From NCBI GenBank assembly GCA_963831225.1, contig CAWHPT010000013.1, positions 12,916 through 76,915 on the forward strand: DNA of 64,000 nt, written 5' to 3'. The stretch's first letter is position 1, and each line of letters begins with the position of its first letter. The position numbers and the translations under genes are program-made. The notes under the pieces were generated by a model. It saw nothing but the letters and a program-made list of their open reading frames with translations. It was not told the DNA's origin and searched no databases. This document shows, in pieces, positions 25,693 to 34,901 of the stretch. The DNA comes from an uncultured Alphaproteobacteria bacterium. Its GTDB lineage: Bacteria; Pseudomonadota; Alphaproteobacteria; Rhizobiales; Xanthobacteraceae.

Positions 25693-25851
25693 GCCGAGTG
25701 CGATGATCCTGCCATCGCGCACCGCCATCGCCTCCGCTGTGGGCGCGGCGGATTCGAGCGTTACGATCTTGCCGTTGAGGAAGATGGTGTCGGCGCCCTG
25801 TGCGTGCGCCCGCGGTCCTGCCGCCGCGGCCAGCGAAAGGCCGAGAAGCAT
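25693..25851 (-). pseudogene. 5' remnant of an amidohydrolase (Amidohydro_3-type) gene: signal peptide plus about 35 residues only
   Basis: ORF 25591..25851: LGLSLAAAAGPRAHAQGADTIFLNGKIVTLESAAPTAEAMAVRDGRIIALG matches the usual N-terminus of periplasmic amidohydrolases. Similarity stops where the ORF meets the end of the C-N hydrolase gene. Confidence 0.45.
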
Positions 25852-25923
25852 GGTGATTGCAGCCTTCAGCAGGTCCTCCCGACTGTCGTGCGTCGCCCTG
25901 TCAGGCGCGTGCGGAGCTCGAGC

Positions 25924-26784
25924 CTAGTCTTTCATCGTGCGGCGTTCGATGTCCAACAGGCGGTCGAGGCCGGTGATCGCCATTGCCGCCTTCATCTCCT
26001 GCTCGACATTGCCCTTGCCGATGAATGGGTCGATCCTGCCCTGGGCGAGGCATTCGTAGGATTGGCGCACAGCTTTGACCATGGCCGCGAATGCCGTCCC
26101 TGACGAAGCGGCGAGCCGGAAACCGAGCGCGGCAAGATCCCGCTCCTTCAGGGGGAAGTCGGCAAAGCCGTCGGCCGGGGCGAAGGTCATCAGCGGAGGC
26201 GGCAGCCGTTCACCCACGAGGCGAATCTCCTCGGCGCTGCGCGTGAACACGAACACCATGTCGGCGCCGGCTTTCTTGAACGCCTCGCCACGGCGAATAG
26301 CTTCATCGAGCCCGTAGAGGCGCCCAGCATTGGTGCGGGCCACGATCAGGAATTCCGGGTCGGTGCGCGCAGCAACGGCCGCCTTGACCTTTTCCACCAT
26401 GAATTCGGTGGTGACCAGGTGCTCGATGCCGACGTGATGCTCGACCCGGCGGGGGAGTACCTGGTCCTCGATCTCGATCGCGGCGAAGCCCGCGGCTTGC
26501 GACAGCGCGATGGTGCGGTGCATGTGCATCGGGTCGCCCCAGCCGCCGCCGGCATCGAGCACGATCGGCAGCTGGCAGGCGGCGCGGATGTCGAGCGCCA
26601 ACTGCGCCATCTCGGGCAGCGTGATGTTGGCCTCGGTTACGCATTTGTACCAGCCGAGCGAGCCGCCGCTCATATAGATCGCCTTGAACCCGGCCTCCTC
26701 AGCGAGCCGCGCCATGATCGGATTGAGTGCCACCGGCGCGACGACGAGATCATCGCCGCGGACGAGCTCATTCAGCTTTTGCAA
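25924..26784 (-). CDS. Isocitrate lyase / PEP mutase family enzyme (carboxyvinyl-carboxyphosphonate phosphorylmutase / oxaloacetate decarboxylase-like), intact, 286 aa
   Basis: ORF 25924..26784 has a TTG start 6 nt after AGGAG. Motifs: GFKAIYMSGG, PIVLDAGGGWGDP, GFAAIEIEDQV. Confidence 0.8.
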   Translation of the reverse strand: MQKLNELVRGDDLVVAPVALNPIMARLAEEAGFKAIYMSGGSLGWYKCVTEANITLPEMAQLALDIRAACQLPIVLDAGGGWGDPMHMHRTIALSQAAGFAAIEIEDQVLPRRVEHHVGIEHLVTTEFMVEKVKAAVAARTDPEFLIVARTNAGRLYGLDEAIRRGEAFKKAGADMVFVFTRSAEEIRLVGERLPPPLMTFAPADGFADFPLKERDLAALGFRLAASSGTAFAAMVKAVRQSYECLAQGRIDPFIGKGNVEQEMKAAMAITGLDRLLDIERRTMKD

Positions 26785-26872
26785 GCAAAGCTCCTGATTC
26801 CGGAAATACCGCGCAGAGCGGCGGCCCCAATCATAGCTTCATCGTCTGGCCGGCGTTAAAGTTTGGCAACTG

Positions 26873-27882
26873 CTAATCATTCTTGATGCCGCTGGCCTTG
26901 ATCGGGACCGCCCATTTCTCGATTTCAGCTTCGACGAACTGCTGCAGATAGGCCGGTGAGCGGCGCTCCGGCGCCACTACGATCAGCCCAAGCGTGTGCA
27001 GGCGCTCGCGGAAGGCGGATTGTCCATCACCGCCATCAAGGCGTCGTTGAGCCTTTTCACCACCGCGGCAGACGTGCCTTTCGGGAGGAACACTGCGTTC
27101 CAGGTATAGGCGTCGAAATTTTCGAGGCCCTGCTCGTGCGCGCTCGGTAAATCCGGCAGCACCGGCGAGCGGGCTCGGGTGAGCGCTGCGATCGCCTTGA
27201 TCTGCCTGGCTTCGAGCGCTGGACCGACCGTCGAAGCGATGTTGCAGATGTAGTCGACGCGCCCGGCGATCAGATCAGCCATTGCCGGCCCGCCGCCGCG
27301 ATAGGGAACATGAGTGATGTCTACGCCGATGGTCTGGTTGAGCAGCACGCAGCCGATATGGGAGGAGGTGCCGGTCCCGCCGGAAGCGAACTGCATCCTG
27401 CCCTGATTTGCTCTTGCATACGCGATGAACTCTTGCAGGCTGCCGGCAGCAAGATCGTTGCGCGTGATCAGCACCAGGCCGACGTCGGCGATCAGCGCCA
27501 CCGGCGCGAAATCGGTTGGCGCGTTGTAGAGCGGCTTCTTGTAGAGCGTTTGGTTGAGCGCATGGGTGCCGATGCTGCCGAGAACGAACGTGTAGCCGTC
27601 GGGTGCGGCTTGCGAGACCCGCAGCGAGCCGGTCATCCCGCCTGCGCCGCTCACGTTTTCCACCACCAGCTGCTTGCCGATCACCTCGGCCAGGTGCTGC
27701 GCCAGAATGCGCCCGAGAGTATCGACCGGCCCGCCTGCCGCGAACGGAACCAGCATGGTGACCGGCCGGGTCGGCCAGTCCTGGGTCGGCGATTGTGCTC
27801 GTGCCGCCGCTGCTGCAACCACGGCACCGGCGGCGAGTGCGATTGCGAGCATGCTGAATTTCCGCAATTCCTCCTCCCTCAT
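26873..27882 (-). pseudogene. Bug-family (TctC-like) tripartite tricarboxylate transporter substrate-binding protein, one frameshift near 27015
   Basis: ORF 26983..28032: signal peptide, WPTRPVTMLVPFAAGGPVDTLGR, VENVSGAGG, HVPYRGGGPAMADL. The C-terminus ...FRERLHTLGL...EIEKWAVPIKASGIKND* is in another frame and ends at 26873. Confidence 0.85.
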
Positions 27883-28175
27883 TTCTTCCGGAAACGACCC
27901 CGCCGACGCGTCACCGCAATGCGGAGCGATTCTCGATCCAACGCGCACTCGAGCATTTTCCGGAAAAGTGGAGACCGGTTTTCCGCAGAAAATGCGACCA
28001 ACTAAAGAAGTTAGAGCGCGTTTCCGATTCAACCTAATCGAAACGCGCTCTAGCCTGTACTTCTGACTTCTTCTTGACCCTGCGTCGAGCCGAGGTCTGA
28101 TATCTATTGAGCCTTCGAGTTCCGGAGCCCCCCGAGGTTATGACGATCGGAGGCGCTGCCGGAGGAGCAAGAACC

Positions 28176-29185
28176 ATGTTCGACCGCATAGGCTGCTGCG
28201 TTCCCATTCAAGCGAAATGGCGTTGTGTCCTGGCCGCCGCGCCGGCGGCGCTCGCATTGCTGCTCGCTGCCGCTCCGTTGCTCGCCGCCTATCCGGAGCG
28301 GGTAATCACGCTGGTGGTGCCATTCGCAGCGGGTGGTCCGACCGACATCATTGCGCGCATCGTCTCGGTCGCGTTGTCGAAATCGCTCGGCCAGTCGGTC
28401 GTCGTCGAAAATCGTGGCGGTGGGGGTGGCAATCCGGGCATGGGCATGGTGGCCCGCGCCACGCCTGACGGCTACACGCTGCTGCTCACATCGACCGCCA
28501 TCGCCGTAAATCCGGCGCTCTACAAAAATCTGCCCTACGACCCATTCAAGGATTTCGCTCCGATCTGCGAATTGGTCAATGCACCGAACGTGATCTTCGT
28601 GCGCTCGGATTCCAGCATCAAGTCGCTCGCCGACCTGATCGCAGCGCGCAAAGTCCGCGCCGGGATCGCTCAACTATTCGAGCCCGGGCGTCGGCACCAA
28701 GTCGCATCTCACCGGCGAGCAGCTCAAGCTGCGGGCCGGCGTCGACATGGTTCATATTCCTTACCGCGGCGGCGGTCCCGCCACCATGGCGGTGCTGGAT
28801 GGTACGGTGCATGTCGGTTCGGTGGCGCTCGCGCCGGTCGAGCCGCTGGTCAAGGAAGGCAAGTTCAGGGCGCTCGCGGTCACCGGGCCGGAGCGCTGGT
28901 TCTCACTGCCCGACGTTCCCACCATGATCGAATCCGGTTTTCCAGGTTTCGTTTCTGACACGTTCAACGCGCTGTTCGCGCCAGCCGGAACGCCGCCGGC
29001 CATCGTGGCGCTGCTGTCCAGAGAGAGCCAGGCCGCGCTCGAGACGCCGGAGGCCCGCGACCAGGCGCGCCGCGCCGGCTATCAGATCGTCGCCGGAACG
29101 CCAGAGCAGCTGGCGGCACGAGCTCGCTTCGGAAATTCCCGCCGTCAAGGAGCTGGTGGGCAGACTTGGTATCAAGCCGGAATAG
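28176..29185 (+). pseudogene. Bug-family (TctC-like) substrate-binding protein, about 2 frameshifts
   Basis: ATG 28176 follows GGAGGAG. YPERVITLVVPFAAGGPTDIIAR and VENRGGGGG are in ORF 28107; HIPYRGGGPATMAVL is in ORF 28747. The tail ends at TAG 29183-29185. Confidence 0.85.
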
Positions 29186-29266
29186 TGGCCGGAGAGCAAC
29201 TTGTCGCGGCTCGCGCGGTCGATGCTTCTGCTATAGTTCGTCATTCCATTGCATGGAGACAAAAGG

Positions 29267-30245
29267 ATGAATCGCTCAGCACTGGCGTTGCGCGCGCTGA
29301 TCTGCTCGGCAATGCTCGCGGCGGCAACTCTTGCTTCCCAGGCGCAGACCTATCCGGGCAAGCCGATCCGGCTCATTCTGCCCGTACGTCCCCGGCGGCA
29401 TCATCGACACCACCGGCCGCAATCTGGCGGTGCGGCTCGGCGAGGCGATGGGAGTGTCGGTGGTGGCGGAGAATCGTCCAGGCGCCGGCGGCACCGTGGG
29501 CGTCGATGTGGCTCGCACGCTCGACGCCGGACGGCTACACGATCGTGTTGACCGATCCCGGCGTCGTGTCCAATCCGACGCTGCTGAAGGACGTGCCTTA
29601 CGATCTGTTCAAGGGCCTGCAGGCGGTCTCCATCATCGGCTCCTCGCCGGCGGTGATCGTTTCGTCGCTGCATTTGCCGGTGAAGACGTTTGCCGAGCTC
29701 ATCGCCTATGCCAAGGCCAATCCCGGCAAGCTCAATTTCGCGTCCGCCGGGATCGGGACGGCGCCGCATCTGGCCGGCGAGATGATCAAGCTGCAAACCG
29801 GCATCGACATGACTCACGTGCCATATCGCGGCATCGGCGCCGCCTATCCCGACGTGCTGAGCGGCAAGGTGCAGCTGGCGTTCTCCAGCATCGCGGGAGC
29901 GGTGCCGTTCACCAGCGACAATCGCGTGCGCCGCTCGCCACCACCAGGGCGGTGCGCAGCCCGGTCTATCCCAACGTGCCGACGGTCGCGGAGTCCGGCC
30001 TTCCCGGCTTCGACGTCGACCTCTGGCTCGGCATCTTCGCGCCCGCCGGCATGCCTCCCGCAGTGCTTGCGAAGCTCAACGGCGAGATCAACAAGGTGCT
30101 GCAGCATCCCGAGATGAAGGCGGCCATGGCCAAGATCGGCGTCGAGCCGCGCGGGACCAGCCCGGAGGAGGCTGCCGCCATCACGCGCTCCGAATACGAG
30201 AAATGGAAAAAGGTCATCGTCGAAGGCAAGATCAAGCCGGAGTAG
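29267..30245 (+). pseudogene. Bug-family (TctC-like) substrate-binding protein, about 3 frameshifts
   Basis: Signal peptide MNRSALALRALICSAMLAAATLASQA (ATG 29267). YPGKPIRLILP, VPGGIIDTTGR, ENRPGAGG and HVPYRGIGAAYPDVL lie across ORFs 29249, 29331, 28747 and 29331. Confidence 0.85.
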
Positions 30246-30756
30246 GCGATTGGCGTGCCCAACCTGAAATTATCTGCGAATTGGATCGGTTGGCGGAACA
30301 AGCATCACGTCTCACGCATTGTCGAGGGCACTACCTTGATCGGCGCATACAGCGTGGCGGACGGGATCGTTCCGAACGCTGCTGACTGTACCGCTCGTGC
30401 TCACGCTGCTGACAGGTTGCTTCCAGCATGTGAGCCTCGCGCCTCGACCGCCCCAAACCGGTCGGCGTGATCGAATGGTAAGTGGACACAGCTCATTGCT
30501 CGAACCGATCCGCAAGAGTTCGATCGTTCCCGAGTCGTCATTTTGGGCGACGTCGACCATTTCGGTAAGCCGGTCATTCGCCATGCCTATGAGCAATGCG
30601 GTGATCTGAAACCGATGATTCGCGATGGCCGCTTTACGTAATCCAAGTCGAGGATCACAAAAGTTCAATCTACGTCGTCGAGTGCAACTGAGTTCGGTGG
30701 CTATGCGCGCATGGCGGGCAGCGCGCGTCTCATTGGGTGGAAAAGTAGCCAATAAA

Positions 30757-30786
30757 GAAGGGCCGCCCTCGCGAGGGCGGCCCTTC
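30757..30786 (-). terminator. Intrinsic terminator for a minus-strand transcript
   Basis: GAAGGGCCGCCCT-CGCG-AGGGCGGCCCTTC forms a perfect 13-bp GC-rich stem with a 4-nt loop. On the minus strand it is followed by TTTATT (30756-30751). There is no U-tract on the plus strand. Confidence 0.7.
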
Positions 30787-30824
30787 CATTGTCGAGCCGT
30801 GGTCCGGCAAAAGCCGTGCAACGC

Positions 30825-30902
30825 CTAGGCGGCGTGGACCCCCACAGAGGCTAGGATCCAGTTCACGGATGCCGGCGACCGCGGCGATAGACAATGAGAC
30901 AC
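30825..30902 (-). CDS. Candidate 25-codon micro-ORF (MSHCLSPRSPASVNWILASVGVHAA) behind an extreme Shine-Dalgarno
   Basis: The GTG start (30902-30900) overlaps the end of the minus-strand GAAAGGAGGTGATCCAG (30918-30902). The stop TAG is at 30827-30825. A promoter-like motif lies upstream and a terminator downstream. No homology was recognised. Confidence 0.3.
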   Translation of the reverse strand: MSHCLSPRSPASVNWILASVGVHAA

Positions 30903-30946
30903 TGGATCACCTCCTTTCGATGACGAGACCTAGCTTTGGCAGCCCT

Positions 30947-30975
30947 AGATAGGCCCGTGATTGCGATGTTTTCAA
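30947..30975 (-). promoter_or_regulatory. Sigma70-like promoter candidate for the micro-ORF unit
   Basis: The minus strand reads TTGAAA (30975-30970), N17, CTATCT (30952-30947), close to the alphaproteobacterial CTTGAC-N17-CTATAT consensus. Confidence 0.35.
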
Positions 30976-31231
30976 GTATTGTGAGGGCAGCGGCTGCCGT
31001 ACGCTACCCAGCGGCAGCTTGCCGGAGGACATTCCGTCCCCCATTAGCGAGTCACCGCTGCGCGTAATATAGCACGGTCGGCCGGAATCGCATCCCTTGC
31101 CGAGAACTCTGCAATTTCGAGCATTTCCCGGTGGCAGCCTCCGTCCACCCCCGACACGCGGCGGCAGGCGGCCCGCGTTGGAGCCGTTCCCAGAACCGTC
31201 GTTTTAGTCTCGAACGACAGGGTCCAGTGAC

Positions 31232-31318
31232 TTAGAACCAGCGCCCCCTGCCATACCAGCCACCGCCGAGCAGAAGCACAAGCAAGATGACGATGATTAG
31301 GAGAGTGGTGTTGTCCAT
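31232..31318 (-). CDS. 28-aa hydrophobic membrane micropeptide MDNTTLLIIVILLVLLLGGGWYGRGRWF
   Basis: ATG 31318 lies 6 nt after AGGAGG, inside ORF 31232..31462. The peptide has one TM helix followed by a Gly/aromatic/Arg tail. It recalls small DUF3309-like peptides of Rhizobiales (from memory, not searched). Confidence 0.5.
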   Translation of the reverse strand: MDNTTLLIIVILLVLLLGGGWYGRGRWF

Positions 31319-31600
31319 TGTCGCCTCCTGTCCAACCTTACCAAAACACGGGCGTGGGCGCACCAGCCGCTTTCTGCGTCTGTGAATAACCGGCCCCGCA
31401 CGGGCACCTTCCCAGGGTAGCAGTCCCACTAGCCATGCCGGCCGCAACGTTGGAGATTGCAACTTACAGCCAGAGGGCCGGTGGGGTTATCGCGAGAGCA
31501 GCCTTTCATAGTGATGATCGGATAGTTCAGTGTGTAGAGCAGGAGAAAAAAGGATCACGCCCGCCACACCCGATCTAAGCGAATGAGCGCCTGCGACGAG

Positions 31601-31807
31601 CTATTTTTTCTTACTGACCTCGGCAGTGTCCCGGGCCAGCCTGAGGGCCCGTAGCCGGGCGGTCTTTTCCTGGACGGCCCGACGGTCGGCCCGGTATTCC
31701 GCCATGGCCTTCTGACCGTCTAGCAGTCGTTCTTCTTTCTTTTTGAATGCTGCTTCGGCACGTTCCGCAACCTGCAAATTCCTGGTCAATTCCACACTCC
31801 TTGGCAA
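31601..31807 (-). CDS. Small basic coiled-coil protein, function unknown (62-68 aa)
   Basis: ORF 31601..31807 has a TTG start. An alternative TTG at 31789 lies 7 nt after AAGGAG. The sequence ...AEAAFKKKEERLLDGQKAMAEYRADRRAVQEKTARLRALRLARD... has a pattern seen in small Rhizobiales hypotheticals. Confidence 0.45.
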   Translation of the reverse strand: MPRSVELTRNLQVAERAEAAFKKKEERLLDGQKAMAEYRADRRAVQEKTARLRALRLARDTAEVSKKK

Positions 31808-32111
31808 GCCCGAGCATCGCGAGGAGCGAAATTTTCTTCCCGCTGTGCTGATATGAAGGGACGAACCTCAACGCCCGGTAGCTGACTTTGTTCCTCGATT
31901 CGGGATTGTGCTTGCTGTTCCCACCGCCTTGTCTGCTATTTGAGGGCAGTTACGGCCACTGCCTCACTGCGGGGAGCGGGAGTGCGAACCCGCTCGCCGG
32001 ACTATTGGCCAGAAGCCATTCGGGGTTCGAGCGCGTGCTGGTGACGCATCGGATTAGGATCTAAACCTTCTCTGCAGAATCAGGTCCGAAGGCGGTTGAT
32101 GGGAGGATGAA

Positions 32112-33089
32112 ATGCGTTTTCCGCGAACGATCGGTGTGATCATTCTTCCGATCGCGCTGTCCTGGCTGACGGCATGCTCCGCCGCTGCGCAGGAGTTCCC
32201 CACCCGCGTTATTCGCATCGTGGTCGCTTTCCCGGCCGGCGGGCCGACCGATTTCGTCGCGCGTCTGATTGCCGACAATGTCAAGGCGCAGTTGGGCCAG
32301 AACGTCATCATCGAGAACAGGCCCGGCGCCAATGGCGCGATCGGCGCCGAATTCGTCGCGCGTGGGGAACCCGACGGCCACCTGCTTTTTCTCACCACGG
32401 TGGGTGCCGTCGCCATCACGCCACATCTGAGCAAGCCGAATTACGATTCGCTGCGCGACTTCGCACCGGTCACGCTGGTCGTTCGTAACACCACGATCCT
32501 GGTGGTCAAGCCGGACATGCCGGTTGGTTCGGCCAAAGAGTTGGCCGCGCGCGCCAAGGACAACCCGGGCGCAATTCCGTTCGCCTCGACCGGCTCCGGC
32601 AGCATGCCGCACCTGGCGCTCGAGCTTTATCAGGCCGCAGCTGGCGTGAAATTCCTGCATGTTCCTTATCGCGGCGCCGCTCCGGCCTTGACCGATCTGC
32701 TCGGTGGTCAGGTGCAGGCGCTGTTCGCCGATACGCCGGTGCTGCTGCCGCACATCCAGGGCGGCAAGCTCAAGCCGATCGCTGCCGCTTCAGCCCACCG
32801 CAATCCGCGGCTGGCGGACGTGAGCACGCTGGCGGAGCAGGGCTTTGCCGACACCGTCGCCGACAATTGGTACGGGTTGCTCGCGCCCGCCAAGACGCCG
32901 CTTGCCGTCATCGCCAAGCTGCGCGATGCCGTGGTAGCGGCAATCGAGGCGCCCGAAATCCACGCCAAGCTGGTGCAGTCGGGCGCAGTTCCGGCGCCCA
33001 CCTCGAGCGACGTTTTCGGCACGCTGCTGCGCGATGAGCACGCGCGCTGGGGCCGGGTGGTGCGGGAAAAGAGCATCAAGGAGGAGTGA
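32112..33089 (+). CDS. Bug-family (TctC-like) substrate-binding protein (intact, 325 aa)
   Basis: ORF 32112..33089 follows GGGAGG. Signal peptide, FPTRVIRIVVAFPAGGPTDFVAR, ENRPGANG, HVPYRGAAPALTDLL. Confidence 0.9.
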   Translation: MRFPRTIGVIILPIALSWLTACSAAAQEFPTRVIRIVVAFPAGGPTDFVARLIADNVKAQLGQNVIIENRPGANGAIGAEFVARGEPDGHLLFLTTVGAVAITPHLSKPNYDSLRDFAPVTLVVRNTTILVVKPDMPVGSAKELAARAKDNPGAIPFASTGSGSMPHLALELYQAAAGVKFLHVPYRGAAPALTDLLGGQVQALFADTPVLLPHIQGGKLKPIAAASAHRNPRLADVSTLAEQGFADTVADNWYGLLAPAKTPLAVIAKLRDAVVAAIEAPEIHAKLVQSGAVPAPTSSDVFGTLLRDEHARWGRVVREKSIKEE

Positions 33090-33131
33090 AGCGTGCTGCG
33101 CCGAATCGTCGACAAGACAGCGGAGGACGTC

Positions 33132-34093
33132 GTGAACAAGATCCTTGCATTGATGATCGGCTTGACCTCGATCGTCGCGGCGCAGAGCGCAGTCGCCGAA
33201 ACCCTGAAAGTCGCGGTGGCGCAGCGCGGCTTCTGGAACAGCACCTTCATCGAGGTCGGGCTCAAGCAGGGTTTCTTCAAGGAGGCCGGCCTCGACATCG
33301 AGATCCTCTACACCGAGGGCGGCGCCTCGACGCTCACTCCGGTGATCGCCGGCAGCATCGACATCGCGATGACCAACGGCATCCTCGGCGTGGTCGCCGC
33401 CTACGCCAAGGGCATGCCGGTGAGGATCATCAGCGCGGAAGCGACCGGGGCCGCCGAAGCGTTCTGGTATGCGCGGCCGGAAAGCGGCATCAAGCGTCTG
33501 GCTGATACCAACGGCAAGACCGTTGCGTTCTCCTCGCCCGGCTCCTCGACCAATCTCATTCTTCTGCAACTCGTCAACCAGGCGAAGGTCGACGCCCAAG
33601 CTGGTCGCCACCGGCGGCGCGCCCGGGCACCCTCACGCAGGTGATGTCGGGACAGATCGACGTCGGCTGGTCGGTGCCGCCGTTCGTGCTGCAGCACCTG
33701 GCCGACGGCCGGCTCGTCATCATCGCGCGCGGCAGCGACGTCGCGGCGCTCGCCGAGCAGACCATCCGAGTCAATGTCGCCAACGCCAATGCGCTCAAGC
33801 AGAAGCGCGATGCTTTCGTCCGCTTCGTCAAAGTCTTGAGCCGCTCGATCGACTGGGCCTATTCCGATCCCACCGCGATCGACAATTACGCCGAGATCGC
33901 CAAGGTGCCGCGCGCGCTGGCGCAGCAGACGCGCGACGAATTCTTTCCGAAGCAGGCGTTGCAACTGGCCGAGGTGAGGGGGCTCGAAATCACTCTCAAG
34001 CAGGCACTCGAGTTCAAATACATCACGGCGCCAATGAGCGTGACCGATGTGCAGGGCCTGCTCGATATCCTCTACCGGCCCGACCAGAAATGA
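33132..34093 (+). pseudogene. Orphan ABC-transporter periplasmic binding protein (NMT1/THI5, nitrate/sulfonate/taurine-like), about 2 frameshifts near 33590-33650
   Basis: The GTG at 33132 follows GGAGGA (the ORF opens at 33093). Signal peptide NKILALMIGLTSIVAAQSAVA, then TLKVAVAQRGFWNSTFIEVGLKQGFFKEAGLDIEI. The C-terminal half is in ORF 33641..34093. No permease or ATPase gene is adjacent. Confidence 0.7.
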
Positions 34094-34192
34094 CTTCCTC
34101 AGGCGTGATCTCGCAGGGGTTTCGCGGACCGCGAATGCCATAGCTGTGGCCGCGCTACTGGGCCGTGTTATGCGGGACTCGTCGTGTGTCGA

Positions 34193-34441
34193 TCAATGGC
34201 GTCTCGCCTGAACGAGATACCCGAAAATCATCTTCTCGCCGAGCTGCTTGCATGCTTCCAATCGGTGCAATCCTTCCACCAGCACGAAGCGTTCGCCGTC
34301 GCGTCGCACCAGGATCGGACTTTGCTGGCCTACCTGAAGGATGCTCTCGGCGAGCTCCTGCGCTTTCTTCGGATCGAGCGTTGCCCGCCGCTTCGCCGGC
34401 ACATAAATGTTGGCGATCGCGAACGCTTCGCGCTTCATCAT
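34193..34441 (-). CDS. ParB N-terminal (ParB/Srx nuclease-like) domain miniprotein, 82 aa
   Basis: ORF 34193..34441: IYVPAKRRATLDPKKAQELAESILQVGQQSPILVRRDGERFVLVEGLHRLEACKQLG is the ParBc core pattern. There is no HTH or dimerisation domain. Confidence 0.7.
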   Translation of the reverse strand: MMKREAFAIANIYVPAKRRATLDPKKAQELAESILQVGQQSPILVRRDGERFVLVEGLHRLEACKQLGEKMIFGYLVQARRH

Positions 34442-34901
34442 GAGTGCAGTCCTTCCGTTCTCCTTCCGTCGGAACTGATCACGCTCTGCCGGCCCAGTGG
34501 CCGAGCGCGCTGCGTGTTAAGAGCAGCGTGCTCCCGATCTCGGCATTCCCCGAAGCTCAACTCCGCGCAACAGTCGAAGTCGGAGTCCAGCCGCTCCAAT
34601 ACGGTCGTCGCGGGCCCGCCCTATTACCGTGCCAGCGGATCCGGGCGCAGCTGAGCGCATTATCCCTGCATAGTCCTGGCCGCTCGGCAATGGTTCAGCG
34701 GCCTTGCCTCGACCCACCCTCGACCCTGGGGGTCATCGACTTTTCAGGATCCTGCTCTAAATATACTGGAACGAAGCGCTGAGACGGTAGTTATATACGG
34801 TGGCGGGCGAAACAGCCGCTGTGGAACCCGACCGCCAAGACAGTTCCGACATGACGCGGGAGCGCCCGCGTCCCGCGGCCGCGCATTGACGCGCCGTTTG
34901 T

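Noticed and set aside
30312-30821. 169-aa minus-strand ORF in the low-GC stretch.
   Set aside because: It runs straight through the 30757-30786 terminator hairpin and has no start context. Only a short middle part (…ITALLIGMANDRLTEMVDVAQNDDSGTIELL…) looks protein-like. At best it is debris of an unidentified gene.
30902-30918. The 17-nt identity to the 16S rRNA 3' end as evidence of an rRNA gene or operon remnant.
   Set aside because: The sequence immediately upstream (…GATAGACAATGAGACA) and downstream (GATGACG…) bears no resemblance to 16S helix 45 or to an ITS. It is kept only as an SD-like element on the opposite strand.
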